This document shows positions 1 to 2,287 of a DNA stretch of 2,287 nt, piece after piece; position 1 is the first letter of the stretch; every line of letters starts with the position of its first letter. Source of the DNA: Escherichia phage PTK; the sequence record MW512266.1. One strand, written 5' to 3'. The notes below the pieces were generated by a model. It worked only from the letters and a program-made list of their open reading frames with translations, was not told the origin of the DNA and ran no database searches. The position numbers were made by a program, and so were the translations under genes.

Positions 1-1835
1 ATAGAGGAGTTCACACAACAGGCGAAATTTCATCTGGAGCAGTGAATGCTCTTCGTATTTGGAATGCAGATTATGGAGTCATTTTTAGACGTTCGGAAGG
101 TAGTCTTCATATTATTCCAACTGCTTACGGTGAAGGTAAACATGGCGATATCGGTCCACTTCGCCCGTTTAGTATGGCTTTAGATACTGGTAAAGTTACT
201 ATTCCAGATTTACAATCAAGTTACAATACATTCGCAGCAAACGGTTATATTAAATTTACTGGTCACGGCGCTGGCGCTGGTGGTTATGATATTCAATATG
301 TTCAAGCAGCTCCTATTTTCCAGGAAATTGATGATGATGCTGTAAGCAAATATTATCCTATTGTTAAACAGAAGTTTTTAAACGGCAAAGCTGTTTGGTC
401 TTTAGGTACTGAAATTAATTCGGGTACATTCGTTATTCATCATCTGAAAGAAGATGGTTCACAAGGCCATACGTCTCGTTTTAATCAGGACGGTACTGTT
501 AACTTCCCAGATAACGTACAGGTTGGCGGTGGTGAAGCTACTATTGCTCGAAATGGTAATATCTTCTCCAACATTTGGAACGTATTTACCTCTGCTGGTG
601 ATATAACCAACCTTCATGATGCTATTGCCTCCCGTGTGGCTAAAGAAGGCGACACGATGACAGGCCGTTTAACTCTGAATGCAAACTCGGATGCTATTGT
701 TATTAACAGTGCTGCAACCGAATCTTGTTATGTGAAAGGACAAAAAGCGGGCGTTAATAACTGGTATGTTGGTAATGGCGGCGCTGAGAACACCTTATCG
801 TTTTATAGTTTCCAAACTAATTCAGGCGTTAGTATTCATAATAGCGGAGAAGTTGGTTTAGCTCCTCAAGGGTCGGATACTTTTTATTTTAATAGGGACC
901 GACTTTATATAAAGGCTGCACAATGGGTTGCCCATCAATCTGGTGCATGGGGTGACCAATGGGGTTTAGAAGCGCCTGTATTTGTGGATTTTGGCAATGT
1001 CGGTAATGATAGTTATTACCCGATTATCAAAGGAAAATCTGGTATTACTAACGAAGGATACATATCGGGTGTAGATTTTGGTATGCGACGCATTACTAAT
1101 AACTGGGCACAAGGTATTATTCGTGTAGGTAACCAGGAAAACGGCCATGACCCACAAGCTATCTTCGAATTCCACTATAATGGAAACATGTACGTTCCTG
1201 ACATGGTTAAAGCTGGAGTAAGATTATCAGCTGGCGGCGGTGACCCTGCATGGACTGGACCATGTCTTGTTATTGGTGATAATGACACTGGCTTAGTATG
1301 GGGTGGTGACGGCCGAATAAATATGGTTGCCAATGGTATACATATTGCAAACTGGGGAGCAGGCTATCAATCTCATCCTGGGCTTTGGGATTCAACCGGT
1401 GCTTTTTGGACTGAAACAGGAAGAGCTATCGTTTCTCATGGGCATCTCGTTCAGGCAAATGATAGTTATTCAACGTATGTCCGTGATGTTTATGTCCGTT
1501 CTGATATTCGTGTTAAAAAAGACCTTGTTAAATTTGAAAATGCTTCTGAGAAGCTTTCTAAAATTAACGGTTACACTTATATGCAGAAGCGAGGCCTAGA
1601 TGAAGAAGGCAATCAGAAATGGGAACCTAACGCAGGTTTGATAGCTCAAGAAGTTCAAGCTATTTTACCTGAATTAGTTGAAGGTGACCCTGATGGCGAA
1701 GCTTTACTTCGTTTGAACTATAACGGTGTAATTGGTTTAAATACAGCTGCAATCAATGAGCATACTGCAGAAATTGCAGAACTTAAGTCAGAGATTGAAG
1801 AGCTTAAAAAATTAGTTAAATCATTGTTAAAATAA
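1..1835 (+). CDS. gp37: Distal long tail fibre subunit (gp37-like), 5'-partial; C-terminal ~610 codons, with the shaft/tip region and a C-terminal chaperone domain
   Basis: Seen in sequence: a continuous open frame (first full codon at 3-5) runs from the window edge to TAA at 1833-1835, followed by a second in-frame TAA at 1836-1838. The ORF-track start at 42 is a GTG read as Met; there is no stop upstream, so the true start lies outside the window. Composition is fibre-like (rich in G/N/S/T/Y, GxGxG runs such as HGAGAGGYD, no hydrophobic core helices). Gene order (fibre gene directly followed by a gp38-like adhesin gene) and the C-terminal domain match T2-type gp37 from established knowledge. 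No search was run. Confidence 0.85.
   Translation, partial: RGVHTTGEISSGAVNALRIWNADYGVIFRRSEGSLHIIPTAYGEGKHGDIGPLRPFSMALDTGKVTIPDLQSSYNTFAANGYIKFTGHGAGAGGYDIQYVQAAPIFQEIDDDAVSKYYPIVKQKFLNGKAVWSLGTEINSGTFVIHHLKEDGSQGHTSRFNQDGTVNFPDNVQVGGGEATIARNGNIFSNIWNVFTSAGDITNLHDAIASRVAKEGDTMTGRLTLNANSDAIVINSAATESCYVKGQKAGVNNWYVGNGGAENTLSFYSFQTNSGVSIHNSGEVGLAPQGSDTFYFNRDRLYIKAAQWVAHQSGAWGDQWGLEAPVFVDFGNVGNDSYYPIIKGKSGITNEGYISGVDFGMRRITNNWAQGIIRVGNQENGHDPQAIFEFHYNGNMYVPDMVKAGVRLSAGGGDPAWTGPCLVIGDNDTGLVWGGDGRINMVANGIHIANWGAGYQSHPGLWDSTGAFWTETGRAIVSHGHLVQANDSYSTYVRDVYVRSDIRVKKDLVKFENASEKLSKINGYTYMQKRGLDEEGNQKWEPNAGLIAQEVQAILPELVEGDPDGEALLRLNYNGVIGLNTAAINEHTAEIAELKSEIEELKKLVKSLLK
1503..1832 (+). other. C-terminal intramolecular chaperone (peptidase S74-like) domain of the fibre protein; predicted self-cleavage between Ser (1500-1502) and Asp (1503-1505)
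   Basis: Seen in sequence: the motif V-R-S-D-I-R-V-K-K (codons 1494-1520) has Ser and Lys five residues apart. It is followed by ~110 residues ending in a heptad-patterned amphipathic helix ([27 protein letters not shown], ~1752-1832). Established knowledge: the auto-cleaving C-terminal chaperone domains of phage tail spikes and fibres (K1F endosialidase, T5 L-shaped fibre, T2-type gp37) cut at a conserved Ser using a Ser-Lys dyad and release a ~100-150 aa fragment. The exact cleavage position is inferred from the motif. Confidence 0.65.
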
Positions 1836-1838
1836 TAA

Positions 1839-1856
1839 GAGGGGCTTCGGTCCCTT
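1839..1856 (+). promoter_or_regulatory. Intercistronic RNA hairpin with a C(UUCG)G tetraloop, between the fibre-gene stop and the adhesin RBS
   Basis: Seen in sequence: 5'-GAGGGGC-UUCG-GUCCCUU-3'. Pairs are C1845-G1850 closing the loop, then G1844-U1851 (wobble), G1843-C1852, G1842-C1853, G1841-C1854, A1840-U1855, and possibly G1839-U1856. The loop is UUCG (1846-1849). Established knowledge: C(UUCG)G hairpins are unusually stable and were first noted in T4 intercistronic regions. There is no U-tract after the stem, so this is not a canonical intrinsic terminator. Confidence 0.5.
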
Positions 1857-1861
1857 GGAGG
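1857..1861 (+). promoter_or_regulatory. Shine-Dalgarno sequence (GGAGG) for the downstream adhesin gene
   Basis: Seen in sequence: GGAGG at 1857-1861, then a 5-nt spacer (TTTAT), then ATG at 1867-1869. Confidence 0.7.
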
Positions 1862-1866
1862 TTTAT

Positions 1867-2287
1867 ATGGCAGTTGAAGGACCGTGGGTAGGATGGTCTG
1901 CAAGGGTACAGACTGGAGATCCTTGGATGGGTGGTGCCGCACAGAGATTGAGAATGGGAATTCCGTTTTGGATGAGTAATATGATAGGTCGATCTGTTGA
2001 AGTAATTCACACGCTTGGAGCAGACCATAACTTCAATGGTCAATGGTTCCGAGATAGATGTTTTGAGGCAGGTAGTGCACCTATAGTGTTTAATATCACC
2101 GGAAATTTAGTATCATATTCTAAAGATGTTCCTTTATTCTTCATGTACGGAGATACGCCAAATGAATATGTTACTTTGAATATTCATGGTGGAGTTCATA
2201 TGTGGGGACGAGGTGGTAACGGCACTGTAAACGGAAACCCAGGCACAAATGGCGGCGATGTAATCCAAAATGATATCGGCGGAAGAC
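1867..2287 (+). CDS. gp38: Long-tail-fibre tip adhesin (gp38-like, T2-type receptor-recognising protein), 3'-partial; N-terminal attachment domain plus the start of the first glycine-rich motif
   Basis: Seen in sequence: ATG at 1867 with a strong upstream RBS, and a frame open for 140 codons to the window edge (absent from the ORF track only because no stop lies in the window). The translation [10 protein letters not shown]...[62 protein letters not shown]... is followed by a Gly/Asn-rich stretch [26 protein letters not shown]. Established knowledge (from memory, not a search): this conserved N-terminal block followed by glycine-rich motifs characterises the gp38 adhesins of T2/K3/Ox2-type phages. 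Confidence 0.85.
   Translation, partial: MAVEGPWVGWSARVQTGDPWMGGAAQRLRMGIPFWMSNMIGRSVEVIHTLGADHNFNGQWFRDRCFEAGSAPIVFNITGNLVSYSKDVPLFFMYGDTPNEYVTLNIHGGVHMWGRGGNGTVNGNPGTNGGDVIQNDIGGR

Noticed and set aside
42-44. ORF-track start codon (GTG shown as M) for the large + strand ORF
   Set aside because: The frame is open from the window edge with no in-frame stop upstream, there is no RBS in front of 42, and fibre genes of this family are much longer. The gene is 5'-truncated by the window and does not start here.
966-1175. 69-aa ORF on the minus strand
   Set aside because: Lies entirely inside the fibre CDS on the opposite strand, with no RBS, an implausible composition and no recognisable motif; an antisense artefact.
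1327-1599. 90-aa ORF on the + strand in an alternative frame, with a hydrophobic translation
   Set aside because: Nested in the fibre gene in a different frame and lacks a Shine-Dalgarno sequence; its hydrophobic look is what out-of-frame translation of AT-rich coding DNA typically produces. No evidence for an overlapping gene.
1-1835. Alternative identity as a short tail fibre (gp12-like) or a T4-type gp37
   Set aside because: It is followed directly by a gp38-type adhesin gene and ends in a self-cleaving chaperone domain, without the HxH repeat needle of T4-type gp37; this fits T2-type gp37 better.
1839-1856. Hairpin as a rho-independent terminator
   Set aside because: The stem is followed by UUGGAGG, not a U-tract, and the adhesin gene begins 11 nt later with no promoter of its own visible; a stability or processing hairpin is more plausible than full termination.
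1801-1866. Possible T4 late promoter (TATAAATA) ahead of the adhesin gene
   Set aside because: AT-rich stretches such as TTAAAATAATAA are present, but there is no exact TATAAATA here or elsewhere in the window on the + strand, so I do not call a promoter.
1718-2043. Two overlapping minus-strand ORFs (1718..1942 and 1816..2043) spanning the intergenic junction
   Set aside because: Antisense to two well-supported + strand genes and to the RBS/hairpin region; Pro/Ser-rich low-complexity translations with no start context.

Overview
This window is the junction of two adjacent phage tail-fibre genes from a T-even (T2/T4-like) myovirus long-tail-fibre tip locus; I see no sign of a novel system. 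Bases 1..1835 (+) are the 3' part of a distal long-tail-fibre subunit gene (gp37-like); the reading frame is open to the window's 5' edge, so the gene starts upstream. Its last ~110 codons look like a self-cleaving intramolecular chaperone domain (an S-D-x-R-x-K serine-lysine motif followed by a heptad-patterned helix). A 31-nt spacer follows, containing a C(UUCG)G tetraloop hairpin and a GGAGG ribosome-binding site. Bases 1867..2287 (+) are the 5' part of a gp38-like receptor-binding adhesin, which runs off the 3' edge just as its first glycine-rich motif begins. The match to T2-type gp37/gp38 rests on my recollection of those protein families, not on a database search. The four small ORFs in other frames or on the minus strand appear to be translation artefacts. 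I found no late-promoter consensus (TATAAATA), tRNA, CRISPR array or mobile element.
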